Source: Ranitomeya imitator
Taxonomy: Eukaryota
Assembly: GCF_032444005.1 (NCBI RefSeq)
Contig: NC_091286.1
Location: 521,420,001-521,484,000, forward strand
Length of the DNA stretch: 64,000 nucleotides
Direction of reading: 5' to 3'
The position numbers were made by a program, and so were the translations under genes. This document shows positions 1 to 12,849 of this stretch, one piece after another. The notes under the pieces are model-generated. The model worked only from the letters and a program-made list of their open reading frames with translations, ran no database searches and had not been told where the DNA came from. Numbering within the stretch: the first letter of the stretch is position 1; each line of letters begins with the position of its first letter.

Positions 1-520
1 CCTTTTCAGCTTTGCCCATAAATTTTAAGTAGGACTGAGACCAGGGCTTTGTGAAGGCGACTTCAAAACATTGACTTTGTTATTCTTAAGCCACTTTGTT
101 ACCATTTTTGCAGTATGCTTCGGGTCATTGTTCATTTGGAAAACCCATTTCCGCCCGAGCTTTAACTTCCTGATGTCTTGAGATGTTGCTTCAGTATTGC
201 CACATAATCTTCTTTTCTCATGATGCTATCTAATTTGTGAAGTGCGCCACTCTCGTATTTCACAGTTTGGATGGTGTTCTTTGGCTTCCGAGCTTCTCCT
301 TTTTTCCTCCAAACGTAACGTTGGTCATTATGCACAAAAAGAACGGTAACATTTTAGTTTCATCAAACCACAGGATATCTCTCTAAAAATCAAGGTATTT
401 GATCCTGTGTATTTTTGCAAACATTGATCTGGCTTTATTTCTTTTGGAGTAATAACTTCTTCCTGGCAGAGTGGTCTTTCAGCCCATGTTGATATAGTAC
501 TCATTTCACTGTGGATATTG
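1..520 (-). mobile_element. Tc1-like transposon remnant (degraded transposase, DDE region)
   Basis: Minus-strand translation gives Tc1 motifs across frameshifts: ILWFDETK (WSDETK), [68 protein letters not shown]. Runs off the window's left edge. Confidence 0.9.
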
Positions 521-524
521 ACAC

Positions 525-2505
525 AATCTTTAAACTAGGGATTGGGGGGAATGTATTAATTTCATAGGAGGGGAAGATAGTGCAGATAGTGATCTGGGCA
601 CAAATAAAGAAATTGGGGGTGCATGGGGGGTAGGCTTAGTACAGTTAGTATTATAAGAAAGAATAGAGTTAAAGAGAGACACATAAAGTGCATGTATGCT
701 AATGCCAGAAGCCTCACCAACAAAATTGAGGAATTCAAATTAATTTTGTCGGAACACCATTATGACATAGTGGGGATATCTGAGACTTGGCTGCATGATC
801 GCCATGACTGGGCTGTTAATTTACATGGCTATAGTCTGTTCAGAAATGACTATACAAATAAGCGAGGGGGAGGTGTGTGTCTATATGTAAAATCATCCTT
901 AAAACCCATCCTGCGTGATAATATATGTGAATCTAAAGAAAATGTAGAGTCCCTGTGGGTGGAGATAAGGGGAGGGGGAAAAAACAGCAAATTATTGATA
1001 GGGGTTTGTTATAAGTCTCCAAAAATAATGGAAGCAACGGAGAATATCCTTGCAAAGCAAATACATGAAGCAGTGACTCAAGGAGAAGTTATTATTATGG
1101 GGGACATCAAGTACCCTGAAATACATTGGGGAAGAGAAACCTGCAGTTCCAGCAAAGGTAATCGGTTTTTGACAACTATGATAGACAATTACCTTTCACA
1201 ACTGGTTCTGGACCCAACAAGATGGGGGGCACTGCTAGACCTAATATTATCCAACAGGCCAGACCGCATATCAAATATAAGGGTTGGGGGGCACTTGAGT
1301 AATAGTGATCACAAAATAATACGTTTTCATGTATCCTTTAATAAGATGTGCAGTAGAGGAATTACAAGGACACTAAACTTCAGGAAGGCAAATTGCCAAT
1401 GGTTGAGAGTTGATCTTAGTGCAATAAACTGGGACAATATCCTGAGATATAAAAGTACACAAATAAAATGGGAGACGTTTATTAGCATCCTGAATAGGAC
1501 CTGTGCACAATATGTACCCTCTGGGAATAAACATGCTAGAAATAGGAGGAAACCAATATGGCTAAATAAAGCTGTAAGAGGCGCAATAAGGGACAAAAAT
1601 AAAGCATTTAAAGAATTAAAGTAGATAGTGATGAGGCATTAAATAAATACAGAAAATTAAGTAACTTCTGTAAAAAGCAAATCAAGGCAGCAAAGATTGA
1701 GACAGAGAGACTCATTGACAGAGAGAGAAAAAATGATCTGGGTGAAATGGTGGATGAGGAAAAAGCCAATATGCTAAATTACTTTTTTTCAACAGTATTT
1801 ACACAAGAAAATCCAATGACAGACAACATGATCAGTGATAGCAAAAATTTTCCATTACATGTCACCTGCTTAACCCAGCAGGAAGTACGGCGGCATCTAA
1901 AAATCACTAAAGTTGACAAATCTCCGGGCCCGTACGGGATACAACCCTGGCTACTGCAGGAATTACGTACAGTTATTGATAGACCATTATTTTTTATCTT
2001 TAAAGATTCCACAATAACAGGGTCTGTACCATAGGACTGGCGTATAGCAAATGTGGCGCCAATATTCAAAAAGGGGACAAAAACTGAACTTAGAAATTAT
2101 AGGCCGGTAAGCTTAACCTCCACTGTGGGTAAAAGCCTAGTGGGTTTTCTAAAAGATGCTATGCTGGAGTATTTGAAGAGGAATAACCTCATAACCCAAT
2201 ATCAGCATAGGTTTACTTGGGACCGTTCCTGTCAGACTAATCTGATAAGCTTCTATGAAGAGGTAAGTTCCAGACTGGACCAAGGGAACCCAATAGACAT
2301 AGTGTATATGGACTTTTTCAAAAGCTTTTGATACAGTGCCACACAAAAGGTTGATACATAAAATGAGAATAATGGGGATAGGGGAAAATATGTGTAAGTG
2401 GGTTGAGAGCTGGCTCAGGGATAGGAAACAAAGGGTGGTTATTAATGGAGCACACTCGGACTGGGTCGCGGTTAGCAGTGGGGTACTGCAGGGGTCGGTG
2501 TTGGG
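525..2505 (+). mobile_element. CR1-clade LINE fragment, old and 3'-truncated; ORF2 broken by stops and frameshifts
   Basis: ORF 623-1624 is an APE endonuclease (CMYANARSLTNK, GISETW, GGGVCLYVK, IIMGD, LDLILSN, SDH). RT fragments follow (DKSPGPYGIQPWLL, APIFKKG..NYRPVSLTS, DIVYMDFFK, GVLQGSVLG). Similarity ends before the FADD motif and there is no 3' tail. Confidence 0.93.
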
Positions 2506-5488
2506 CCAACGCCTTATGAGTGCGTATATGAGTTTTCATTATAAGAGATTTCCAATAACATTGCATTCTTATTTTCTCTACATTTTACGCAACTTTTTTT
2601 GAATGAGGGTTGCATAATAACCTGAAAATTTGCGACCAGTCTTGTTCTTTTCATATGATATAACAGTTGGAATTTGGACATACAACTTTTATGAAAGCTT
2701 TTGCAGCTATATTATCAAATGTGGAGCAGTTCATTCAATCTCCACTGAACCAGTTCATCTGTGCCTTGTAATTGTTACATGCCAGAACTAAAAATATCAT
2801 TTGAACTCTTGTAGCGAACTTTATTTGGAGCACACCATCCATATTCATTGACCCTCATAATATGAATCTGACAGTGGCAGAGGAACTCGCAGTAATCACC
2901 CTGCTTTGTCCATTTGTTCAGTAACACTACAGCCATCTAACTGGAAATAATGAATATTGAAGAAGACGGCACGTTATAATGTTAGCAAATGCTTGTGATT
3001 GACTGAGAATGCCCTTGCCTTTTGCTATCCCACAGTGGAAGGAAAAAGGAGGAGAAAAAACATTGCTCAATCATCTGAATTTAAGGTATAAAGTTCAATT
3101 ACTATTTAGCACAAATGACATCATGCGATCTTCAGGCTATTAAATGAGCAGTGGCAAAGTTTAGAGGAGCATGCCTGATGTCCATGCATCGCAATTAGAT
3201 TTTCAATTGTGCAAAGAATTTTATTAAAAAAAAAGTTCTATACTTTAATGCTAATGTGATATCCTGTATGACCTCGTGTGGAGTGTTAACGGATAGTAAT
3301 TGCCTTTGTTTACAATCAACATGAAAATAAGTCGTATCATTAAAGCTACAAGGAGTTTTAAACAAAAAAAAAGATATGAATGTGTTTAAGAATTTTTCTT
3401 TATTTATTGAAATCTTGCCTTTTGACTGGTTAAACTTTAGTTATGCCAAAGAGGACCTGTAACTAGATCAAAACTGCCCGGTTTTCATTTTCATTTTGTA
3501 ATAATGCTGTTCGACTGAAAGTATTCCTTCTATTTATGTATTTGTTTTAATCTTCTCATTTAATGCTAACTTTATGATATTTACCAAGGAAGCATGACAC
3601 ACATGGCAATCCTGCAGAGCTGCCAAAAGACATGCCGTAATATCTTTTGTATATTTTTATATGCACTGCCTAGGTTTTGGATCAAATAAATAAAATTTAA
3701 CAGCTTTGTTACTCTTCCTCTATAAATCACATCCCTGTAGCCTCGTGAAGCCCCATGTTACCAGTACAAGGTGCCCAATCAGCCTTTTATGAATGATTGG
3801 TGGTGGCAGCTACTTTTTCTTGGATTATTGTGGAGCTTAGTGGTGACTGTACCAAAATATACACAAATATTCCATGCATTGGAATCGTATGCAATGTTCA
3901 CTGGATGTATACCATAAGCGGCCTATTAGCAAAAGCAGCCGCAGCCTCTTCCATCAATATCCATAAGCATAATTATCCTGACGATTGGAGACAGCGCAGT
4001 GCTGGTTCACAATATCGGATATTCACACAAGATAGCTATGGTTTGATATTTTGTCAAAATGGGCGAGTTGGTCCATTAGGGGAAGTAACTTTGAAACTGC
4101 TCAACTTTAGATTTAGAGGAAAGAAGCTTTCACATTGGTTAAAATTAAATTAAACCAATTTGTGCTTTCATGTTTTAATTAAATTGCTGGTGCATCAAGT
4201 TAAAATTATGTGATTTTGTTGATAAAATATCTAATCTGTATTACTAGCTAATTCTAGGCTTAGAAATAGCAACAACATCTAATACATACAATGAGTTTTA
4301 TCTTTTTCATAACCGGTAGCACAAAACTAGAAATCTTATTTTTTGAGTGATAAAAGATATAAAAGTACAGTAAAATGATTCCTTAAGCAAAACATAGAGC
4401 TGTTGAAGTTGAAAAACTCAAATCCACAAGAGACTTGATGCTAGCTCCAAACCATCATTTGCTAATGTAGTGTGTTTAAGGATTTAACGTTAACCGTGCT
4501 TGAATTAACAAAATGTACATATCAACTGCTTGATTGGATTTAATTATACATGTTGATCTTTTGTTGGTTTCCTTATGTACAGGCATCTAAAGCATCAAAG
4601 GAAGATTGAAAGTTCATGATATATTTAGGTGCATGTGTTAAACAGGGTTTATGTGAGGCATATTGCTGGGACCCCCACCACCATTAGAAAGCCGACTAGC
4701 TGGTTTAGAGGACTTTCTTGGTCAATGATTCTGGCCACCTCATTTGACAGGTAATTGCAACCAGTTGCGCTACAGAAAGCAGCCAGGTTTGCCAAATGTA
4801 CAGAAAATTCAGGACAGTAAGAAAAAAGGGCAGTTTTTTTTCCTGATCTGTAAAAAAAATTAAGGTGTCTGGGATTTTTTTAAAGCTGAAGAAACTTAAG
4901 CAAATGATTTTGACTCTAATTATCTTTATTTTTCAATTTTCAGTGAATGCATCTAATGTCTTCTTAGAATTTTGGGCTGTAGACATGGATCACTTATAAT
5001 TAGTGATGTGCGGGCCTGAACGGTAAAGTTTGGGGTCCGTAATGAGCACCTAGTGTCCATGCACTGACATCGAACACTGAATTCTCCAGGAAACCCATGC
5101 TACTGTTTTGGTTTTGCAGTCTAAACATCAGGTATGACACACTACAGGAGTGTAATCGCGCTCTTGTCTCAGTGTGTTCTGGCTGGCTTGTTGAGTTTTT
5201 GCATCATGGCAGCTCTCAATAAACCACCAAGATTTAGCAGAGTCAGAGTTTTTCGTGCTACAGATATAGATTATCTTCTCATCGTACAAGTGAGGAATAT
5301 AGTGGTTCATTACTTTGTAATAAATGGGAAAAAGAGGGATGGGAGAGTTTTTATTTAAAATAAAAGAGTCTGTGTCTTCCAATTAAAGGAATTTTTTTCT
5401 GGCAGGGAATTTTTTTACAATCTGACTATGGGGTTAGTAATAAGTCGTCTTATCGATGCCTCTCCATTAATAACCTGTGGGCTTGATA

Positions 5489-6300
5489 TGTTATGAAAGG
5501 TAATTCAGTACCACAATGGACATAGAGGTCAGCGCACATACAGTGACCTGGCAATAACCCAAAAAACAAGAACGAGCTCTGAGACGTGGGAACTCTGTTG
5601 ACCGCAATCCCTAATCCTCTCCAACCACACTAGAGGCAGCCGTGGATTGCGCCTAACGCTCCCTATGCAACTCGGCACGGCCTGAGAAACTAGCTAGCCT
5701 GAAGATAGAAAATAAGCCTACCTTGCCTCAGAGAAATACCCCAAAGGAAAAGGCAGCCCCCACATATAATGACTGTGAGTTAAGATGAAAAGACAAACGT
5801 AGAGATGAAAAAGATTTAGCAAAGTGAGGCCCAACTTTCTGAACAGAGCGAGGATAGGAAAGGTAACTTTGCGGTCAACACAAAACCCTACAAACAACCA
5901 CGCAAAGGGGCAAAAAGACCCTCTGTACCGAACTAACGGCACGGAGGTACACCCTCTGCGTCCCAGAGCTTCCAGCAAGCAGAAAAAAACAAATTGACAA
6001 GCTGGACAGAAAAAAAACAGCAAACAAATAGCAAAGAGTAACTTAGCTATGCAGAGCAGCAGGCCACAGGAACGATCCAGGAGGAAACAGGTCCAATACT
6101 AGAACATTGACTGGAGGTCAGGATCAAAGCACTAGGTGGAGTTAAATAGAGCAGCACCTAACGACTTCAACACATCACCTGAGGAAGGAAACTCAGAAGC
6201 CGCAGTACTACTTTCCTCCACCAACGGAAGCTCACAGAGAGAACCAGCCGAAGTACCACTTGTGACCACAGGAGGGAGCTCTGCCACAGAATTCACAACA
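5489..6300 (-). mobile_element. Solo LTR of the same Gypsy family as 44981-50775
   Basis: 812 bp, TGTTATG...CACAACA, closely similar to both LTRs of the full element. Flanks TTGATA / TTGATG. Confidence 0.95.
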
Positions 6301-6345
6301 TTGATGTCAGCTAACATTACAAAGCAAACATCAACCCCACAACTA

Positions 6346-7384
6346 CAGGTGCTTCTCACAAAATTAAAATATCATCACAAAGATAAATTATTTCCTTTCT
6401 TCAATACAAAAAGTGAAACTCATATATTATATAGTCATTACAAACAAAGTGATCTATTTCAAGTGTTTATTTCTGTTTATGTTGAGGTTGATGACTTTGG
6501 CTTACAGCAGCCAATGAAAACCCATAAGTCATAATCTCAATAAATTAGAATACTTTATAACACCAGCTTGAAAAATGATTTTAAAATCCGGAATGTTGGC
6601 CTTCCGAAATGTATGTTCAGTAAATGCACTAAATACTTGGTTGGGGCTCCTTTTGCATCAATTATTGCATTAATGTGGTGTGGCATGGAGGTCATCAGCA
6701 TGTAGCACTGCTGAGATGTTATGGAAGCCCAGGTTGCTTTGATAGCAGCCTTCAGCTCATCTGCATTATTGGGTCTGGTGTCTCTCATCTTCCTCTTGAC
6801 AATATCTCATATATTCCCTATGGGGTTAAGGTCAGGCACGTTTGCTGGCCAATCAAACACAGTGATACTGTTGTTTTTAAACCAGCTATTGGTACTTTTG
6901 GCTGTATGGACAGGTGCCTAGTCCTGCTAGAGAATGAAATTTCCATCTCCAAAAAGCTTGTCGGCAGAGGAAAGCATGAAGTGCTATAAAATGTCCTAGT
7001 ACATGGCTGTGGTGTCTTTAGCAATGACCTTTTGTGGCTTACCCTCCATGTGGGGTGTGTCAATGACTGCCTTCTGGACATCTGTCAAGTCAGCAGTCTT
7101 CCCCATGATTCTGGAGCCTACTGAAACAGACTAAGGGGCCTTTTTAAATGCTTAGGAAGCCTTTGCAGGTGATTTTTGCTAATTATTCTAATTTTACTGA
7201 GTTAATGACTTCTGTGTTTCCATTGGCTGTAAGCCATAATCCTCAACATAAACAGAAATAAACACTTGAAATAGATCACTCTGTTTGCAATGACCATATA
7301 TAATATGTGAGTTTCACTTTTTGTTTTGAAGAACTGAAACAAATTAATTTTTTGATGATATTATGATTTTGTGAGAAGCACCTG
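6346..7384 (-). mobile_element. Internally deleted Tc1 element with long IR/DR-type TIRs
   Basis: TA-CAGGTGCTTCTCACAAAAT ... ATTTTGTGAGAAGCACCTG-TA with ~210-bp inverted repeats. Minus-strand transposase C-terminus (RPNNADELKAAIKATWASIT..SMPHHINAIIDAKGAPTKY). Confidence 0.92.
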
Positions 7385-9593
7385 TATTATCCAACTTGCT
7401 AGGGCAAGTAGGAAGAGCAGGGCAAAGCTCCAGAATTGGTGTATCTAACAGATGTGCCTTTTCTGGGATGGCTGCGAACTGCTATAGGCTTTTAGGCTGG
7501 GGAGGGCCAATATCCATGGCCCCTTCCAAGTCTGAGAATACCAGCCCCCTTATGTCTGCTTTAGCTTGGCTTGTTGTCAAAAATGGGAGGGACCCAAATC
7601 CGTTTTGTTAAATAATTTATTTAAATAATTGAAAAAAGGCATAGGACCCCTCTATTTTTGATAACCAGCCAATATAAAACTAATAGTTGGGGGTTGCAGC
7701 CTGCAATTCTCAGCTTTACTTGTGTTGGTTATCAAAAATAGAGGGGACTGCAAATGATTTATATTTTAAATTATTTGCATCACAGGCGCCGGCTGATGAA
7801 AACTCTTATCAGCTTCACCTGCTCTCGCTGTTATCAGCAAGATCAAGTGTAGGATGTTGAGAGTAGTACTCTCTCATCTGCCAATGCCAGTGAGCGTCAG
7901 TAAGCTTTTTACTGCCGGTCACAGCTGCTGCGTGGGAACCGCAGTGCTCTAACTGGCGGTAACGAACTTACCGCTTATCAAAGCTGATGCAGATGACAGC
8001 ATGGGAAATACTGAATGTTCGGGCCCACCATTTAATTGAATGTGGTCTGAGTTCAGGTTAAAGTACTGTTCTGGTACCCGACCCAAACTTTTTTTTTAAT
8101 GTTCGGCTGAACTCGCAAGACCCGAGCATCTACGGGTTCACCCATCTCTATAATCAGAGATTTATTATGGTTTTCCAGTCTGTCCATAAAAAGTATTGTC
8201 TGTCCATGTTTTTTTGATAAGCTATCCAGAAAAAATATAAAGTAAAGTTGGCAACTCTTATCGCAGCACATTGACTGATTGGGGAAAACTTTTACAGGGA
8301 AAACAGTTATAGAATTGCATTGCCCATAAATTCTCAAAAATCGGGGAAGGTCTCAGAGATAAAACACGTTGATCATACTAATGATATGACATTGTTTTAT
8401 CAAATAGGAAACCCACTTTAGTCTCTTTGTCAGATAGGATAATTAGTATGATAATTGCAGCTTACCTGTACAAAGAGTGTGGTAGTTTTACATTTGATTG
8501 ACTTTATTTACCTAATAGTTGTTAATTCTTTACAGGTAATTTGCAGAATTTAACTGTCATCTACAAGTTTTATGTGCCCAAAGAAAGGACCCTTTAAAAG
8601 TTGGCAGCAAGTTGAAGAACTTGGTCATTTGCCATCTTTGATTAAACACCTCTATTTTCAACCTAAATGTAGGAATATAATTGAGGGTCTGCTGTATACT
8701 TGCTTCTCTAACATCTGTATAAAAGACCCCAGTGTTTGGCTATACTGTAGAAATATTGTGCGGTGTATGATCTGGGAGGCTGTTCTTGTATTATCTGACT
8801 CTCAGCGTTCTAACTGACTGTTTATTCAAAGACTGTGCAGTCAGCCACCTAATGAGCGTCAAATCTAAATAAACTCTCACTAGTCTCGGTCTTATTTACA
8901 TCTGATTATAGAAACTGACAAGGACTATATTGTTAATCCACACTCTACCCCTGTACAGACATATCCAAGAAAACAGAATTCTGGCACTCATTTTCTTCTG
9001 TTAAAGTTATTTTTCTGTAATAAAATCCTATTCACCAACTATTACAATGTAATTTATGCTTCATTAACAATTATAGTCAAATGAAAATGACAGATATATG
9101 ATATATTTATTTGAGTTTATCTTCCCTAAAATATTCCTTCTGCATTTTTATATTGCTGGGTTAGCAGAAAGTTACAATAATTCATGGATCATATTAATAA
9201 TCAATTAGTTAAAAGTTTACAAAATGGAATGACGGCAATTCATTATTTGAATCTTTTGTCACTTTCCTTTTATATCTTGTAGTATTAGTTGGTAGTTTTT
9301 GGCACATTTATAAAAATGGCGCACGCAATTTAAGAATTTGGTATAAAGTAAAAAACTGGGTTTTCTCCCAGTCCTCTTTTTGCACCATGTTGCCCGCTGA
9401 CTCCAAAATTGATAATTGCTGTAAAATTTTGGTGTGTTCAAAAATACACCAGGGAGTCACTAGGGTGAAGTTGTGCCAACTTTTGCAACTTTTTAATAAG
9501 TTGTAATTGATGAATCAGACAGAAACACCCCACAAAGCAGAAAACCCCAAAAAAAAGACTTCAAAAAGGCATAAACAGAATAATGAATTTGGT

Positions 9594-10239
9594 TGTCATG
9601 TCTTGTGTCCCAGGACTGGGGCCCCTTCCCTGTCCATAACACTAGGATGCACCCTAGCTCCCCTGTTCCTGGTGTTACTTCTGATGGTAAAGATACTGGG
9701 GCCATATACCTTGCCTTAGTGCCTGAATCCGCCCTCAGGAAGATGGAAGTAGTAGTGCACAATAATACACCAACCAGACTAACAAGGTAATACGAACAGG
9801 AGTAATGAAAAATACCAAACATACAAATATACACATATAAGCAACAGAGCTATGCACCGGGGAGTGGCGGATAGGGTTAAACCAAAGTAAGAGAAGAAAG
9901 GGACTTATCACACATTCAAAACCTAGCAACAGTCACAGATAAATCCACCAAACGCATTTCTCCAATAACCATCAGCAACAACCTCCAGCCATGCAGAAAA
10001 AGCCACTCTGACAATGAGTGCTAGCCGGAACCCAGATTATATAGGAGATGGGAGTGGCTAACAGTGCACAGCTAAGCCTTAGCTCCAGGAGTTCTCAACA
10101 GAGCAGATTAACCTCTGCACTGCCCAAAGAAATTTACACTGCTTAATATGAAGGTGAAGTGCTTCTAATCCTCGTAGGAGTAGGAGAAATCAAACTCTGC
10201 GGTCTTATGACTCCTCTTTGTCATTGTAAACCTGTGACA
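9594..10239. mobile_element. Probable solo LTR (~646 bp), family different from the Gypsy LTR above
   Basis: TGTCA...TGACA termini; flanks TTGGT / TTAGT (5-bp TSD with one mismatch); no coding capacity. Confidence 0.7.
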
Positions 10240-10727
10240 TTAGTGCACACAAAAAAGAGGCACAATCACACAAAACTAGAGAAAAAAAAGGTGCAATGGT
10301 AATGAATCCACTTTAGCAAAATAAAGTGAGCATTCCTATTTGAGTGTTTCTATATGACCTACAGACTAGAATGGAGCTTGCTGTCAGCATGCTCTGCTGC
10401 TGCTCTATACTACAGGGTGATTCACTCGCTACTTTACCAAGAAAAATTGCTGTAACGTCTAAGGCTATGTACACATGTTGTGGATTGGGGTGCAGAATTT
10501 TCTGTTCAAAATCTGCATCTCCTGGCAGAAAATGCAGGTGCAGATTTGATGTGTTTTTTATGCGGATTTTGTGCATTTTTGTTGCGGATTTTGTGCAGAT
10601 TTCATGCGGTTTTTTTAACCGCACCATTAGCACAGCATTTTTTTTCCTATTGATTTACATTGTACTGTAAATCACTTTGCGGATCTGCAGCATTTCTGCG
10701 CGGAAAAAAACGTTGCAGATCTACACT

Positions 10728-12679
10728 GATCTACACTGAAGCTCTAAAAAACTATAGGGAGAAAAATACTTTATCTAAAAAACTAATTAAAGCTGCCAAA
10801 AAGGAAACAAAGAAGCACATTGCTAAGGAGAGTAAAACTAATCCCAAACTGTTCTTCAACTATATCAATAGTAAAAGAATAAAAACTGAAAATGTAGGCC
10901 CCTTAAAAAATAGTGAGGAAAGAATGGTTGTAGATGACGAGGAAAAAGCTAACATATTAAACACCTTCTTCTCCACGGTATTCACGGTGGAAAATGAAAT
11001 GCTAGGTGAAATCCCAAGAAACAATGAAAACCCTATATTAAGGGTCACCAATCTAACCCAAGAAGAGGTGCGAAACCGGCTAAATAAGATTAAAATAGAT
11101 AAATCTCCGGGTCCGGATGGCATACACCCACGAGTACTAAGAGAACTAAGTAATGTAATAGATAAACCATTATTTCTACTTTTTAGTGACTCTATAGCGA
11201 CAGGGTCTGTTCCGCAGGACTGGCGCATAGCAAATGTGGTGCCAATATTCAAAAAGGGCTCTAAAAGTGAACCTGGAAATTATAGGCCAGTAAGTCTAAC
11301 CTCTATTGTTGGTAAAATATTTGAAGGGTTTCTGAGGGATGTTATTCTGGATTATCTCAATGAGAATAACTGTTTAACTCCATATCAGCATGGGTTTATG
11401 AGAAATCGCTCCTGTCAAACCAATCTAATCAGTTTTTATGAAGAGGTAAGCTATAGACTGGACCACGGTGAGTCATTGGACGTGGTATATCTCGATCTTT
11501 CCAAAGCGTTTGATACCGTGCCGCACAAGAGGTTGGTACACAAAATGAGAATGCTTGGTCTGGGGGAAAATGTGTGTAAATGGGTTAGTAACTGGCTTAG
11601 TGATAGAAAGCAGAGGGTGGTTATAAATGGTATAGTCTCTAACTGGGTCGCTGTGACCAGTGGGGTACCGCAGGGGTCAGTATTGGGACCTGTTCTCTTC
11701 AACATATTCATTAATGATCTGGTAGAAGGTTTACACAGTAAAATATCGATATTTGCAGATGATACAAAACTATGTAAAGCAGTTAATACAAGAGAAGATA
11801 GTATTCTGCTACAGATGGATCTGGATAAGTTGGAAACTTGGGCTGAAAGGTGGCAGATGAGGTTTAACAATGATAAATGTAAGGTTATACACATGGGAAG
11901 AGGGAATCAATATCACCATTACACACTGAACGGGAAACCACTGGGTAAATCTGACAGGGAGAAGGACTTGGGGATCCTAGTTAATGATAAACTTACCTGG
12001 AGCAGCCAGTGCCAGGCAGCAGCTGCGAAGGCAAACAGGATCATGGGGTGCATTAAAAGAGGTCTGGATACACATGATGAGAGCATTATACTGCCTCTGT
12101 ACAAATCCCTAGTTAGACCGCACATGGAGTACTGTGTCCAGTTTTGGGCACCGGTGCTCAGGAAGGATATAATGGAACTAGAGAGAGTACAAAGGAGGGC
12201 AACAAAATTAATAAAGGGGATGGGAGAACTACAATACCCAGATAGATTAGCGAAATTAGGATTATTTAGTCTAGAAAAAAGACGACTGAGGGGCGATCTA
12301 ATAACCATGTATAAGTATATAAGGGGACAATACAAATATCTCGCTGAGGATCTGTTTATACCAAGGAAGGTGACGGGCACAAGGGGGCATTCTTTGCGTC
12401 TGGAGGAGAGAAGGTTTTTCCACCAACATAGAAGAGGATTCTTTACTGTTAGGGCAGTGAGAATCTGGAATTGCTTGCCTGAGGAGGTGGTGATGGCGAA
12501 CTCAGTCGAGGGGTTCAAGAGAGGCCTGGATGTCTTCCTGGAGCAGAACAATATTGTATCATACAATTATTAGCTTCTGTAGAAGGACGTAGATCTGGGT
12601 ATTTATTATGATGGAATATAGGCTGAACTGGATGGACAAATGTCTTTTTTCGGCCTTACTAACTATGTTACTATGTTAC
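10728..12679 (+). mobile_element. Young 5'-truncated CR1 LINE with 3' UTR and (ACTATGTT)n tail
   Basis: Uninterrupted RT frame, stop at 12573, short 3' UTR containing GGCTGAACTGGATGGAC, then ACTATGTT-ACTATGTT-AC. Confidence 0.95.
10738..12573 (+). CDS. CR1 ORF2 reverse transcriptase, C-terminal part (no native start; the ORF-track start at 10660 lies in the flanking MITE)
   Basis: KSPGPDGIHPRVL, NYRPVSLTS, QHGF, DLSKAFDTVPH, SGVPQGSVLGP, IFADDTKL, LVRPHMEYCVQFWAP. Confidence 0.9.
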   Translation, partial: EALKNYREKNTLSKKLIKAAKKETKKHIAKESKTNPKLFFNYINSKRIKTENVGPLKNSEERMVVDDEEKANILNTFFSTVFTVENEMLGEIPRNNENPILRVTNLTQEEVRNRLNKIKIDKSPGPDGIHPRVLRELSNVIDKPLFLLFSDSIATGSVPQDWRIANVVPIFKKGSKSEPGNYRPVSLTSIVGKIFEGFLRDVILDYLNENNCLTPYQHGFMRNRSCQTNLISFYEEVSYRLDHGESLDVVYLDLSKAFDTVPHKRLVHKMRMLGLGENVCKWVSNWLSDRKQRVVINGIVSNWVAVTSGVPQGSVLGPVLFNIFINDLVEGLHSKISIFADDTKLCKAVNTREDSILLQMDLDKLETWAERWQMRFNNDKCKVIHMGRGNQYHHYTLNGKPLGKSDREKDLGILVNDKLTWSSQCQAAAAKANRIMGCIKRGLDTHDESIILPLYKSLVRPHMEYCVQFWAPVLRKDIMELERVQRRATKLIKGMGELQYPDRLAKLGLFSLEKRRLRGDLITMYKYIRGQYKYLAEDLFIPRKVTGTRGHSLRLEERRFFHQHRRGFFTVRAVRIWNCLPEEVVMANSVEGFKRGLDVFLEQNNIVSYNY

Positions 12680-12849
12680 ACTAAATCCGCATCGTGTGCA
12701 CATAGCCTAAAAGAGAATATTGACCGTACTGAAATTTGGACTGTACATACTTTGGATAATGAGAAGTGAGAGTGCAATGAACCTCAGCGACAACCACAAG
12801 AAACATCCTCGCACCAAGTAGTCTTGACGGTCATCTCCACTATGAGATA

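Larger units (their letters stand above)
5001..8150. mobile_element. Non-autonomous TAGTGATG-ended (hAT-like) repeat, interrupted by a solo LTR and a Tc1 derivative
   Basis: Starts TAGTGATGTGCG and ends CCCATCTCTA, forming imperfect TIRs. Internal sequence rejoins across both insertions and resembles 43240-44856. TSD not recognisable. Confidence 0.6.
10463..12707. mobile_element. PIF/Harbinger-type MITE split by a CR1 insertion
   Basis: TAA-GGCTATGTACACA ... TGTGCACATAGCC-TAA; CCGC/GCGG-rich interior on both sides of the LINE. Confidence 0.8.

Noticed and set aside
10660-10737. N-terminal part of the 637-aa ORF as a genuine protein start
   Set aside because: It derives from the flanking MITE fused in frame to a 5'-truncated CR1, and there is no evidence of a promoter or start context.
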